From an uncultured Rickettsiales bacterium (GTDB lineage: Bacteria > Myxococcota_A > UBA796 > UBA9615 > CAYRNR01): a stretch of DNA of 64,000 nucleotides. Shown here in pieces: positions 1 to 9,208 of this stretch. Each line of letters begins with the position of its first letter. Within the stretch, counting starts at the first letter, position 1. Where the stretch lies: positions 103-64,102 of the forward strand of contig CAZDDH010000017.1 in the NCBI GenBank assembly GCA_964504165.1, given 5' to 3'. The notes beneath the pieces were generated by a model, which saw nothing but the letters and a program-made list of their open reading frames with translations, made no database searches and had not been told where the DNA came from. The position numbers and the translations under genes were made by a program.

Positions 1-1
1 C

Positions 2-988
2 TTGCCGGTCCCGGATCACGTAGACGTGGCCACCATGGTCAACGGCGAGTACTGGCACTTCTACGTGCCCCAGCCCACCTGGGCCTTTGCCACCTTGCAC
101 GCCAGTCGGAGGTATGGGCCGGACATGGCGCCGGTCTCCCCGTCCCCCTCGTTCTTCTTCGCCACGGCCATGAAGGAGAGCTCCATGGGGTGCTCCTATG
201 AGAATTCCTATGATCCCCAGCACGCGGGGGCCTACTTCCCGCCGCTGGAGGCGTCGTGGGGGGACGGCTGTTTCCAGTTCGAAAATGGCACCGCCTTCGT
301 CGAGATGAACCGGATGTTCGTCTACCCCTTCGACCAGTACAACTACGGGGTGACCCACACCGAGATCATCTCATCCCTGGAGCCCGGCCAGGACCGGGAC
401 AACTTCGAGACCTCCGCGCTGGCCGCGGGGTACTACCACACCTTCGCCTACGGCATGTTTTGCTATCACGAGCACAACCCCACCGACTGGCTCAACAGCG
501 CATCCGATCCGATGGCCGCCGACAAGATGATGGCTGTCGTGTACAACCGGGGCGCTTGGGATGGGGAGTTCATCTTCGCGCTGGAAGGCTGCAACCAGGC
601 CCAGATCGAGGACTGCCTGTCCTACAACTCCGTCGTCTGGCAGTACGTCACGACCATCTCCGCCGTTCAGCAGGAGTTGGAGACGGCCGTGGCCAACGAG
701 GAGTGCTATCATGGTGATATCACGGAAGAAATCGTCACGGAATATGTAGAGAACATCCTCCCGTTGTTCCCCGATACCCCGGACTTCGGCGTGGACCACG
801 CCGCCGTGCTGTCCGATGCGCTGGCGGCCTTCAACGCCAACGCGGGGGGGCAGCCCAGCGCGGATTTCCAGGATGTTGGCGGCGACGTCGTGGACGCCAT
901 CGACGCGCACCTGCCGCAACTCTACGTGCCGTACACCTCCCTGGTGAACTGGTACATCTACAATGGGTCGGTGGCCTGCAACCTATAG
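2..988 (+). CDS. Hypothetical protein, 5'-truncated by the window edge (C-terminal 328 aa). It carries a weak SLT/lysozyme-like 'A(T/I)AMKESS' motif.
   Basis: Long ORF in frame from the window start with protein-like composition. No domain was recognised confidently. Confidence 0.5.
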   Translation: MPVPDHVDVATMVNGEYWHFYVPQPTWAFATLHASRRYGPDMAPVSPSPSFFFATAMKESSMGCSYENSYDPQHAGAYFPPLEASWGDGCFQFENGTAFVEMNRMFVYPFDQYNYGVTHTEIISSLEPGQDRDNFETSALAAGYYHTFAYGMFCYHEHNPTDWLNSASDPMAADKMMAVVYNRGAWDGEFIFALEGCNQAQIEDCLSYNSVVWQYVTTISAVQQELETAVANEECYHGDITEEIVTEYVENILPLFPDTPDFGVDHAAVLSDALAAFNANAGGQPSADFQDVGGDVVDAIDAHLPQLYVPYTSLVNWYIYNGSVACNL

Positions 989-1100
989 CGCCGCGCGCTG
1001 CTCGACGTCCTAGGACTCCTGGGGTTCCACCCACCGCTCGTGGCTGGCGGAAGGGAATGGTACGCTGGCCAAGAGGGTTAGCGGGCGAGGAGGGCGGCCA

Positions 1101-1676
1101 ATGCAAAACCAGCCACAGAAGAGCACGCCCTGGGCGGGCATCATCATCACCATCGTCGGGCTGGTGGGGGTCACCGCCATCGTCTGCAGTGGCATGGGCG
1201 CCCTGTTCGGGGCGGCGTTCCTGCTCAACGACAGCCCGGCGGAACCGCCGGTGGTCATCGCCGATTTTGATCCGGAGCCGGGCTCGGTCCAGCTACGGGC
1301 CACCGAGCCCTATGCGGATCCCGCCGGCTACGGGATGGTGCTGGAGCTGGTGGCCACGGACGGCGCCGTGCTGCCCATGTTCATCGGAACCGCCGAGGCG
1401 GAGGCCATCAGTTGGGAGCTGGCCGGCATCGAGATGCCCCGGCCGATGACCCACGATCTGCTGGTCAATGTCATCGATGGCCTGGGCGGCCAGCTGGAGG
1501 GCGTGATGATCCGCAAGGTGGACGACAACGCCTTCCACGCAGCGCTTTTCGTGGAGCAGGCCAGCGGCACAACGGTGCAGATCGACAGCCGATCCAGCGA
1601 CGCCGTCGCCGTCGCGCTGCGGGCCGGGGTGCCGATCTATGCGGCGCCGGGGGTGATGGATTACGCGGTTCGTTGA
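1101..1676 (+). CDS. Bifunctional nuclease family protein (BFN/DUF151 domain) with an N-terminal TM helix
   Basis: N-terminal hydrophobic helix, then a region (PRPMTHDL...IDGLGG...VDDNAFHAALF...IDSRSSDAVAVALRAGVPIY) matching the DUF151/BFN fold pattern. Confidence 0.65.
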   Translation: MQNQPQKSTPWAGIIITIVGLVGVTAIVCSGMGALFGAAFLLNDSPAEPPVVIADFDPEPGSVQLRATEPYADPAGYGMVLELVATDGAVLPMFIGTAEAEAISWELAGIEMPRPMTHDLLVNVIDGLGGQLEGVMIRKVDDNAFHAALFVEQASGTTVQIDSRSSDAVAVALRAGVPIYAAPGVMDYAVR

Positions 1677-1799
1677 CAACCCATCGATCTATCCCGCACG
1701 ACGCCCACATCTCGTCTACTGGCCGCTTTTCCGTGTCTGCTACATCTGGATGGAGTGACAGGATCCCCAGGACAAGTGTTTGTTCCGGTGTTTTTGTCG

Positions 1800-2432
1800 C
1801 TACTCGTACCCCAGATCACAGTACTGGGCGCTGAACGTGCCGCTGACCTCGCCGTCCTCGAACTGGACGGTGTATTTGCCCGATAGCTGGGCCTCTTCCC
1901 GATACACCGTGATCTTCACCTCGCCGCTCATCGCGAAGCTGGACTCGGTGAGGGCGAGGCCGGCTTCGCAATCGGCGATGCAGGTGTCGACGTCCAGCCA
2001 ATCATCGGGCTGGATGAAACGGATCAGGGCCGACGAATCAGCCGGTTTACTGCAATCGAATGGGCTGCCGATTTCGTAGGTGTCCGCATCATCCCAGCTG
2101 TAGTGGGCCAGGGAGAGTTCCAGGCTCCAGTATTCGTCCCCGTCCAGGTGATCCTCGGCCAAAACGGCGAGATCGACGCATCTCGTCTCGCAGCTGTCGA
2201 CGTCCATGTCCCGCTTGTCACGGTAGAAGGCGCACGAGTCTTCGATCCCGCCGGCCCGCACCCAGTACTGAACCTGGCGCTCGTCCTCGTTGGCCGGGAC
2301 GAAGTCGTCGAAGATCGCCGAGCGGATCGGGCCCACGTCCTGGCCATCGAGGGTGCCATTCATCGTGTTGCAGCCGATGGTGAGGGCGGCGGTGAGGCAG
2401 CAGAGGAGCGGGATCGTCAATCGTGGTTTCAT
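1800..2432 (-). CDS. Hypothetical lipoprotein
   Basis: Signal peptide ending in a lipobox (LTIGC). Cys-rich and acidic mature part. Confidence 0.55.
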   Translation of the reverse strand: MKPRLTIPLLCCLTAALTIGCNTMNGTLDGQDVGPIRSAIFDDFVPANEDERQVQYWVRAGGIEDSCAFYRDKRDMDVDSCETRCVDLAVLAEDHLDGDEYWSLELSLAHYSWDDADTYEIGSPFDCSKPADSSALIRFIQPDDWLDVDTCIADCEAGLALTESSFAMSGEVKITVYREEAQLSGKYTVQFEDGEVSGTFSAQYCDLGYE

Positions 2433-2551
2433 TTGAGATCAATAACGCCTCATCGAAGGGAACGGTTCGGCCCCTGTTGGAATTTCCATCCGAGAATATC
2501 AAACCCCCATCACCCGCGACCGGCGGACACGGGTAGGATCCCCGCATCACC

Positions 2552-3334
2552 ATGACCGATCTCACTCCCGATGCCGAAGCGCCCGCACCGCCCAGCGACG
2601 GCCTGCGGCGGATCGTGTGGTACAGCCTGCTGGGTGGCCTGTGCCCCCTGTTGCCGATCCCGTTTTTAGACGACGCCATCGTGCGCTACCTGCGCAAGCG
2701 GATGTACCGCGGGCAGCTGCGGCCGGTGGGGATCCAGGCCACGAGCTTGCAGCTGGACGTGCTGGCCTATGCCCCGCTGCGCAGCATGATGCTGGGGTGC
2801 CTGATCGGGGCGGTGTGGACGGTGTTCAAGCGCATCTTCCGCAAGATCTTCTACGTGCTGGCGGTCAAGGACTGCGTGGACGTGGCCTCGTCGATGTTCC
2901 ACGAAGGGTGGCTGTTCCAGCACGCGATCCGTGAGGGGCGGGTGACCCCAGAGACGTTTGCCGACGACGACAAGATCCGCGAGATCCGCGAGCTGATCCG
3001 CCGGACCTGCGAGGCCATCGACACCCGCCCCATCAACCAGCTGCTGCGGCGCGCCTTCACCGGCAGCAAGGCGATGATGAAGGCCTCCGCGTCCGCCCTG
3101 GCGCGGATGATCCGCAGCGGCGGCGCGGCCCGCCACCCCGAGAAGGTGGACGCCGCCCTGGACGAGCTGGACGTGGAACAGGCGGGGGAACTCGAGGGTT
3201 TGCTCGACCAGGTGGTCACCGGCCTCGGCGCCGAGAAGAAATACTTCGAGCAGCTCGAGCGTGCTTATGAACAGGCCCTCCTACCCGAGGCTCGCACCGA
3301 GCCGGGCGACGGAGAGCCCAGCAAGGCCCAGTAA
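2552..3334 (+). CDS. Hypothetical protein
   Basis: ORF with normal composition. Shares a 'P(I/L)PF(L/I)DD' segment with the next gene, so the two look like paralogues. Confidence 0.5.
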   Translation: MTDLTPDAEAPAPPSDGLRRIVWYSLLGGLCPLLPIPFLDDAIVRYLRKRMYRGQLRPVGIQATSLQLDVLAYAPLRSMMLGCLIGAVWTVFKRIFRKIFYVLAVKDCVDVASSMFHEGWLFQHAIREGRVTPETFADDDKIREIRELIRRTCEAIDTRPINQLLRRAFTGSKAMMKASASALARMIRSGGAARHPEKVDAALDELDVEQAGELEGLLDQVVTGLGAEKKYFEQLERAYEQALLPEARTEPGDGEPSKAQ

Positions 3335-3352
3335 CCCCGAAAGGCGGACCCC

Positions 3353-3958
3353 ATGGCCCAGGAATCCAGCTATCTCGAGACCCTCAAGCGGGTGATGGAG
3401 GGCGATTACGACGACGCCACCGAGGAAGAAAAACGTGAAGCCGTCAAGGACGTGATCCAGGTCTGCTCCGTGGCCGCCGGTGCGGTGGCGTTCCAGCCGA
3501 TCCCGTTCATCGACACGGTGCTCATCTCCCCGATCCAGATCGCCATGGTGCAGGCCATCGGCCGCATCCACGGCTCCAAGCTCGACAAGAAATCGGTGCT
3601 GGAGATCCTCAGCACCTTCGGCGCCTCGCTGGTGGCCCAGAACGTGCTCATGGCGGCGGCCAAGTTCGTGCCCTTCGCAGGCTGGATGGTGGCCATCGCC
3701 ATGGCCTACGCCCTGACCTACGCCATCGGCGAGGTGAGCGACTACTACTTCAGCCACGGCCGCGGCGTGCCCCAGGACGATCTGCGGACCATGTTCGACC
3801 GGGTCTACAAGGAAAAGAAGAAGGAGAAGACCGCCGCCCACAAGGACAACGAGACCCTCAAGGACAAGCTGGACCAGCTGCGGGAGGCGCGCATGTCCGA
3901 GTTGATCACCGAGGAGGAGTTCGAGCGCAAGAAGGAAGACCTGCTGTCGGACTTCTAG
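3353..3958 (+). CDS. Hypothetical membrane-associated protein with a C-terminal SHOCT-like motif
   Basis: Central hydrophobic region. The C-terminus 'MSELITEEEFERKKEDLL' resembles the short SHOCT domain. RBS-like GGAC/AGG is upstream. Confidence 0.5.
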   Translation: MAQESSYLETLKRVMEGDYDDATEEEKREAVKDVIQVCSVAAGAVAFQPIPFIDTVLISPIQIAMVQAIGRIHGSKLDKKSVLEILSTFGASLVAQNVLMAAAKFVPFAGWMVAIAMAYALTYAIGEVSDYYFSHGRGVPQDDLRTMFDRVYKEKKKEKTAAHKDNETLKDKLDQLREARMSELITEEEFERKKEDLLSDF

Positions 3959-3972
3959 GAGCGGGGAGCCCG

Positions 3973-5361
3973 GTGCTGGCGCCCATCAGCTACAAGCAGG
4001 CCATCGCCTGCATCCTCGGCGCCGTCGTCTCTTTCCATCTGGCCTTCACCACCCCCTGGGCCGGGTTCTTCGCCGGCATCCAGCTGTTTTGCCTGTTCCA
4101 CCTCACCCGCGCGCCGTCGATGCGCGTGGTCTTCTATCCGGCCCTGGCGATGGGCATGGCGATGTACGGGCCCCAGCTGGGGTTCTTCTGGGGCATCTTC
4201 GGGCAGATGGCCGGCGCGTTGTGGCTGCTGCTGGCGCTGTGGCTCACCGCCTTTTTGGTGCTGGCCCGCTTCTGCGTGACGATGTGCCGTGGCCCGGTGG
4301 CCGTCGCGCTGGTGCCGTTGCTGTGGACCGGCCTCGAATACGCCCGCTGCGAGCTGTACTACCTGCGCTTCTCGTGGCTGATCCCCGGCTACTCCTTTGC
4401 CACGGACGGCGCCCGCCTGCCCCAGCACCTGCTGGGCATGTACGGCGTGGGCTTGGCGATGATGCTGGCGGTGGGATTGCTGGCGCTCATGTCGGGCAAG
4501 GCCCGCTGGCCCGCCCACGCCGTGGCCCTGCTGCTGCTGGCGGTATTGACCAACCTGCCGGCCCCGTCGCCACCGACGGATCCCGATGGCCCCCAGGTCG
4601 TGGGGATCCAGATCGAGGGCGTGGACAGCCGCCGCTTGGTCCAGCTGCTGGATGACGCCGTCGCCGCCCACCCGGACGCCGACCTGTTCGTGCTCCCTGA
4701 GTACACGCTGGACTACGGCGTGCCCGAGCGGGTGCGCGACTGGTGCCGGGCCCACCGCAAGCACCTCATCGTCGGCAGCCTGGACTACCCGGTCCCCGAC
4801 GAGCCCGATTTCTACAACACCGCCTTCGTCGTCGGGCCGGAAGGGGAGGTGGTGTTCAAGCAGGTCAAGGCCGTGCCGATCCAGTTCTTCAAGGACGGCA
4901 AGCCCGCCCCCACGCAGCAGGTGTGGGACTCGCCGTGGGGCCCCATCGGGATCTGCATCTGCTACGACCTCAGCTACACGCGGGTGACGGACGAGCTGAT
5001 CCGCCAGGGGGCCGTGGCCCTGATCGTGCCGACGATGGACGCCTCCAGCTGGGGCCGCCACGAGCACGAGCTGCACGCCCGGGTGGCCCCCACGCGGGCC
5101 ACGGAGTACGGGATCCCCATCTTCCGCCTGGCCACCTCGGGCATCTCCCAGGCGGTGAACCGGTACGGTACGATCACGGATATGGCGCCGTTTCCCGGCC
5201 AGGGGGAGCGGATCGAGGCGAGGCTGGACACAGGCCGCCCCGGCCGCCGCCCGCTGGACCGCTGGCTGGCCCCGGCGGCGACGGCCGTGGCCGCCGGGTG
5301 GCTGGTTGCCGTCGGGCCGCTGTGGTGGTGGCGCCGCCGCACCCACCAGAAAGGAGAATGA
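3973..5361 (+). CDS. lnt: Apolipoprotein N-acyltransferase-like (polytopic N-terminus + CN-hydrolase domain)
   Basis: About 200 aa of N-terminal TM helices, then a CN-hydrolase region with an E-K-C triad context (LPEY..., FKQVKAVP, ICYDLSY). Confidence 0.6.
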   Translation: MLAPISYKQAIACILGAVVSFHLAFTTPWAGFFAGIQLFCLFHLTRAPSMRVVFYPALAMGMAMYGPQLGFFWGIFGQMAGALWLLLALWLTAFLVLARFCVTMCRGPVAVALVPLLWTGLEYARCELYYLRFSWLIPGYSFATDGARLPQHLLGMYGVGLAMMLAVGLLALMSGKARWPAHAVALLLLAVLTNLPAPSPPTDPDGPQVVGIQIEGVDSRRLVQLLDDAVAAHPDADLFVLPEYTLDYGVPERVRDWCRAHRKHLIVGSLDYPVPDEPDFYNTAFVVGPEGEVVFKQVKAVPIQFFKDGKPAPTQQVWDSPWGPIGICICYDLSYTRVTDELIRQGAVALIVPTMDASSWGRHEHELHARVAPTRATEYGIPIFRLATSGISQAVNRYGTITDMAPFPGQGERIEARLDTGRPGRRPLDRWLAPAATAVAAGWLVAVGPLWWWRRRTHQKGE

Positions 5362-5420
5362 ACAAGATCCGCGGTCAATCGTTACGGGGGTAGGAGCAAC
5401 GTTCAGACGAGGGGACACGG

Positions 5421-5963
5421 ATGGTAGCCAGCAGCGACCACGCGACGAGCCGGGCCGACTGGGTACAGGCCGCGCTGGAGCGCTACGAGCAGCCGTTGAT
5501 CCGCTACGCCGCCCGCTTCACCGGCGACCTGGAGCGGGCCCGCGAGGTAGTCCAGGACACCTTCATGAAGCTCTGCGCCGCCGACCGCGGCAAGGTCGAG
5601 GCGCGCCTGGCGCCGTGGCTGTACACCGTGTGCCGCAACCGGGCCCTGGACGTCCGCGACAAGGAGGGCCGCATGAAACCGCTACCCGCATACAGCCAGG
5701 ACGCCATCGCGTCCAAGGGCGCCGGCCCCCGGGAGATGGCCTCCCTGGGCGAGGCGCAGCAAGCGGTCACGAAGATCCTCGCGGCCCTCCCGGAAGACCA
5801 GCAGGAGGCGTTCTACCTCAAGTACCGCGACCAGCTGACCTACCGCGAGATCGGCGGGGTGATGGGCAAATCGCTGGGCACGGTCAGCCAGCTCATCGGC
5901 GCGGCCCTGGGCACGGTGCGCGAGCAGTTGATGGCCGGCGGCCATCTGGGACAGGAGGGCTGA
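5421..5963 (+). CDS. RNA polymerase sigma-70 factor, ECF subfamily
   Basis: Region 2 (PWLYTVCRNRALD) and region 4 HTH (LTYREIGGVMGKSLGTVSQL) are typical of ECF sigma factors. Confidence 0.85.
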   Translation: MVASSDHATSRADWVQAALERYEQPLIRYAARFTGDLERAREVVQDTFMKLCAADRGKVEARLAPWLYTVCRNRALDVRDKEGRMKPLPAYSQDAIASKGAGPREMASLGEAQQAVTKILAALPEDQQEAFYLKYRDQLTYREIGGVMGKSLGTVSQLIGAALGTVREQLMAGGHLGQEG

Positions 5964-5966
5964 GCG

Positions 5967-6772
5967 ATGACCAAACTACTGACCCAAGAGAAGCTCACCG
6001 CCTATCTCCTGGACGAACTGGATGACCTGCAGCGGCGCGCCGTCGAAGACGCGCTGGAGGAGGACGCCGAGGCCCGCCAGACGTTGGCCGAGCTGGAGGC
6101 GGCCTCCCAGCTGGTGATGGATGTTTTCGGGACGCAGCCGGAGGTGTCGCTGACGGAGACGCAGCGGCGGGAGATCCACGAGAGCGCTCGGGGGACCTCC
6201 CGGGAGGCCCCGCCGGCGCCGAGCCCCCGGCCCCAGGGGACGAACCGGGGTACCTGGGCGGCGGTGGCGGCGTTCGTGTTGCTGCTGGGCGGCGGGGTGT
6301 TGCTGGTGAATATCTTCGGGACGAGCGGGGGCGATTTGCTCGACGCGGGGCCGAGAGCCGAGGAGGTCCGGGTGGCGGACGCCACCTTCCGTGAGGAAGC
6401 GAGGGAAAAGATCGACCGGCAGCTCAAGGAGCAACAGGATCGGATCCGTACCGACACGGAGTCCCTGGACGGCGTTGTGGATGGTTTTGAGGGAGTGACA
6501 CCCGCCGAGGATGCCATGCCTGAAACCGATGAAGCCGAAGACCTAATCGCGAGTCACACCGGTACGGACGAGTTGCACCCCACCAGCTACAACGGTAGAC
6601 GTTCATCGGCCCGAGAGAGAGCCCTGGAAAGACGCCGCGGCAAATCCACCCCCCAAGACCGATCCCCCGGCACCGAGTCCTACTCCCGCATCGCCGAAAA
6701 CACCTTCCGCTACCCCACCACCGACCCCCTATCCACCTTCTCCATCGACGTGGACACCGCCTCCTACGCCCA
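5967..6772 (+). CDS. Anti-sigma factor N-terminal part (zf-HC2-like, TM). It appears to be interrupted by a frame change before the VWA part.
   Basis: Starts 4 nt after the sigma factor. The 'LTAYLLDEL...' anti-sigma N-terminus is followed by a TM helix (WAAVAAFVLLLGGGVLLV). The YfbK-like motif 'STFSIDVDTASYA' runs up to the frame break. Confidence 0.55.
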
Positions 6773-6816
6773 TCCGCCGCTTCGTCCGCTCGGACCAGCT
6801 GCCCCCCCGAAACGCC

Positions 6817-8112
6817 GTGCGCATCGAGGAGATGGTCAACTACTTCTCCTACGACTACCCCCAGCCCCGCGGCTACGATCCCTTCGCCACCCACGTGGAG
6901 ATCGCAGGCTGCCCATGGAACAGCGACCACCGCCTGGCCCGCATCGGCATCCAGGGCCGGGACATGGCTCCATCCAGGCGGCCCCCCACCAATCTGGTGT
7001 TCCTGCTGGACGTCTCCGGATCCATGTCGGCGGACAACAAGCTGCCGCTGCTCAAGCAGGCGATGAAGCTGCTGCTGCTGGAGCTGGATGAACGGGATCG
7101 GGTCTCGATCGTGGTGTACGCCAGCGATACAGGCCTGGTACTGCCCCCCACCCCCTGCAACGAATCCGCCACCATCTTCGCGGCCCTGGACGGACTGGAA
7201 GCCAAGGGCCGTACCAACGGCGGCTCCGGCATCCGGCAGGCCTACGACACCGCCGCCGAGGCCTTCATCGAGGGCGGCGTCAACCGCGTCATCCTGGCCA
7301 CGGACGGCGACTTCAACGTGGGCATCACCGACCGCCGCGCCCTGACCCATCTCATCAAGCAGAAGGCCGCCGGCGACATCTTCCTGACCATCCTGGGATT
7401 TGGCATCGGCAACCTCAAGGACGCCACCATGGAGCAGCTGGCGGACGAGGGGAACGGCAACTACGCCTACATCGACACCCTCAACGAGGCCCAGAAGGTG
7501 CTGGTGGACGAACTCACCGCCACGCTCGTCACCATCGCCAAGGACGTGAAGATCCAGGTGGAGTTCAACCCGGCCCAGGTGCAGGCCTACCGCCTCATCG
7601 GCTACGAGAACCGCATTCTCGCCGCCCGGGATTTCAACGACGACTCCAAGGACGCCGGTGAGATCGGCGCCGGCCACTCGGTGACCGCCCTGTACGAGAT
7701 CGTGCCGGCTGGAACCACCGGTCCGATCCCGGGCGTGGACCCGCTCAAGTACCAGCAGTCCCCCGACGCCCCTCCCTCCCTCGAGCTGTCCCCGGCCTCC
7801 TGGAACGGCGAGCTGATGACCGTCAAGCTTCGTTACAAGCAGCCCACCGGCACCACCAGCCGGCGGCTGAGCTTCCCGGTCACCGATGACGGCGACAGCT
7901 ATGCCTGTGCCTCCGCCGACTTCAAGTTCGCGGCCTCCGTGGCCGCCTTCGGCATGCTGCTGAGGGACTCACCTTACAAAGGCACGTCCAGCTACGACGG
8001 CGTCCTGGAGCTGGCGGAGGAGGGGATCGGCGGGGATCGCTTCGGCTACCGCGAGGAGTTCATCGAGGTGGTGGAGAAGGCCCGCTCGCTGTCGTCGCGG
8101 AGCCGGCGCTGA
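6817..8112 (+). CDS. VWA-domain protein (YfbK-like, vWA + DUF3520-type C-terminus). This frame is open upstream to about 6766.
   Basis: MIDAS motif 'DVSGSMS'. Also 'RIEEMVNYF' and 'ILATDGDFNVG', typical of YfbK-family VWA proteins. Homology continues upstream of the GTG at 6817, in the +1 frame relative to the anti-sigma ORF. Confidence 0.75.
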   Translation: MRIEEMVNYFSYDYPQPRGYDPFATHVEIAGCPWNSDHRLARIGIQGRDMAPSRRPPTNLVFLLDVSGSMSADNKLPLLKQAMKLLLLELDERDRVSIVVYASDTGLVLPPTPCNESATIFAALDGLEAKGRTNGGSGIRQAYDTAAEAFIEGGVNRVILATDGDFNVGITDRRALTHLIKQKAAGDIFLTILGFGIGNLKDATMEQLADEGNGNYAYIDTLNEAQKVLVDELTATLVTIAKDVKIQVEFNPAQVQAYRLIGYENRILAARDFNDDSKDAGEIGAGHSVTALYEIVPAGTTGPIPGVDPLKYQQSPDAPPSLELSPASWNGELMTVKLRYKQPTGTTSRRLSFPVTDDGDSYACASADFKFAASVAAFGMLLRDSPYKGTSSYDGVLELAEEGIGGDRFGYREEFIEVVEKARSLSSRSRR

Positions 8113-8122
8113 CCTTCGGGGC

Positions 8123-9094
8123 TCAATACCAGCTGTAGCACATCCACGAGTTGGCCAGCTCCAGCCCCACCTTGTGGTCGCCGCCGATATCCTCCAGCGA
8201 CTGGCTGTAGCGCGTAAGGATGAACAGGCCGTGGAACTCGTCGTCGCCCAGCATGTGCGAGTCCACCAGATCAGCGGGCACCGTCAGCGAGCCGTTGTCC
8301 GCCACATCGCAGTAGATGCGGTCCTTGGCCCCGCCGTGATTCCAGGCGATGACCTCTAGCCGGATGCGGCCGTCGCCGGCCGGGGTCCAGCTGAACATCA
8401 TGTCCTCGCCGGGCACCATACCCAGGCCGGTGGGATGGCATTCGAGGTCGGGCTGCAGGGGGCTGACCGCCGCCGTGGAGACGGCGAAAGCCGGGGTCGC
8501 ATCCCCCGTGGCGGTGAACTCGATGAGGTCGCCGGGGCTGACGGAGCCCGCCGGGACCTCCTGGTTCCAGTACTCGCCTGCGGTCCACACGAGGGCCAGG
8601 CCGGGCCCCTGCAGCGCCAGCGCGCCGGCTCCGGCCTCCGCAGGGTAGGGCCGGCACTCCAGCTCCACGGGATCGCAGTACTCGTCGAACGTGCACTCCG
8701 GCTCGCAGTAGGTGAAATCGAAGGTCATCCGGCCACAGTCCTCGCCCTCGTCGGACACCTCCCACCCGGTGGCGCCGTGGATGGGGTTTTGCACCAGGCC
8801 GAAGATCTCGCCGGGCCAGGGCTGCTCCCAGAACCCCCACACCGACGCGATGTGGCTCTCGGTGTCCTCGCTGCCGTCCGCGTGGGCCATGATCTGGTGG
8901 TTGACCTGCAGGCCGCCGATGAAGCCCTCGGCGTGGACGATGTCGTCGTCATCATCGTCGCCGGAGTCGTCGTCGTCATCCGCCGTGTCGTCGTCGTCCG
9001 CCGCGTCGTCATCGTCGTCCGGGCAGCCCAGGCACAGGAGCATGGCCGCACAGAGCGCGGCGAACCAACCCATCCATCCGTATCGGTCACACAT
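8123..9094 (-). CDS. Lipoprotein with a poly-Asp linker
   Basis: Signal peptide with CLGC lipobox, followed by DDDDDAADDDDTADDDDDSGDDDDDD. Cys-rich mature domain. Confidence 0.6.
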   Translation of the reverse strand: MCDRYGWMGWFAALCAAMLLCLGCPDDDDDAADDDDTADDDDDSGDDDDDDIVHAEGFIGGLQVNHQIMAHADGSEDTESHIASVWGFWEQPWPGEIFGLVQNPIHGATGWEVSDEGEDCGRMTFDFTYCEPECTFDEYCDPVELECRPYPAEAGAGALALQGPGLALVWTAGEYWNQEVPAGSVSPGDLIEFTATGDATPAFAVSTAAVSPLQPDLECHPTGLGMVPGEDMMFSWTPAGDGRIRLEVIAWNHGGAKDRIYCDVADNGSLTVPADLVDSHMLGDDEFHGLFILTRYSQSLEDIGGDHKVGLELANSWMCYSWY

Positions 9095-9208
9095 TCCGGA
9101 TTCTCCCAGACCCCGCCGGGGCGAAACGCACCGCTACTCCACAGCAAACCTTGTACCAGTGGAGCGGGTATCTTTGTGGAGGGATTTGCTCAATGCGCGG
9201 CCCGTATC

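Noticed and set aside
3955-5418. 487-aa minus-strand ORF
   Set aside because: It is antisense to the Lnt-like gene, with Pro/Gly/Arg-rich nonsense composition.
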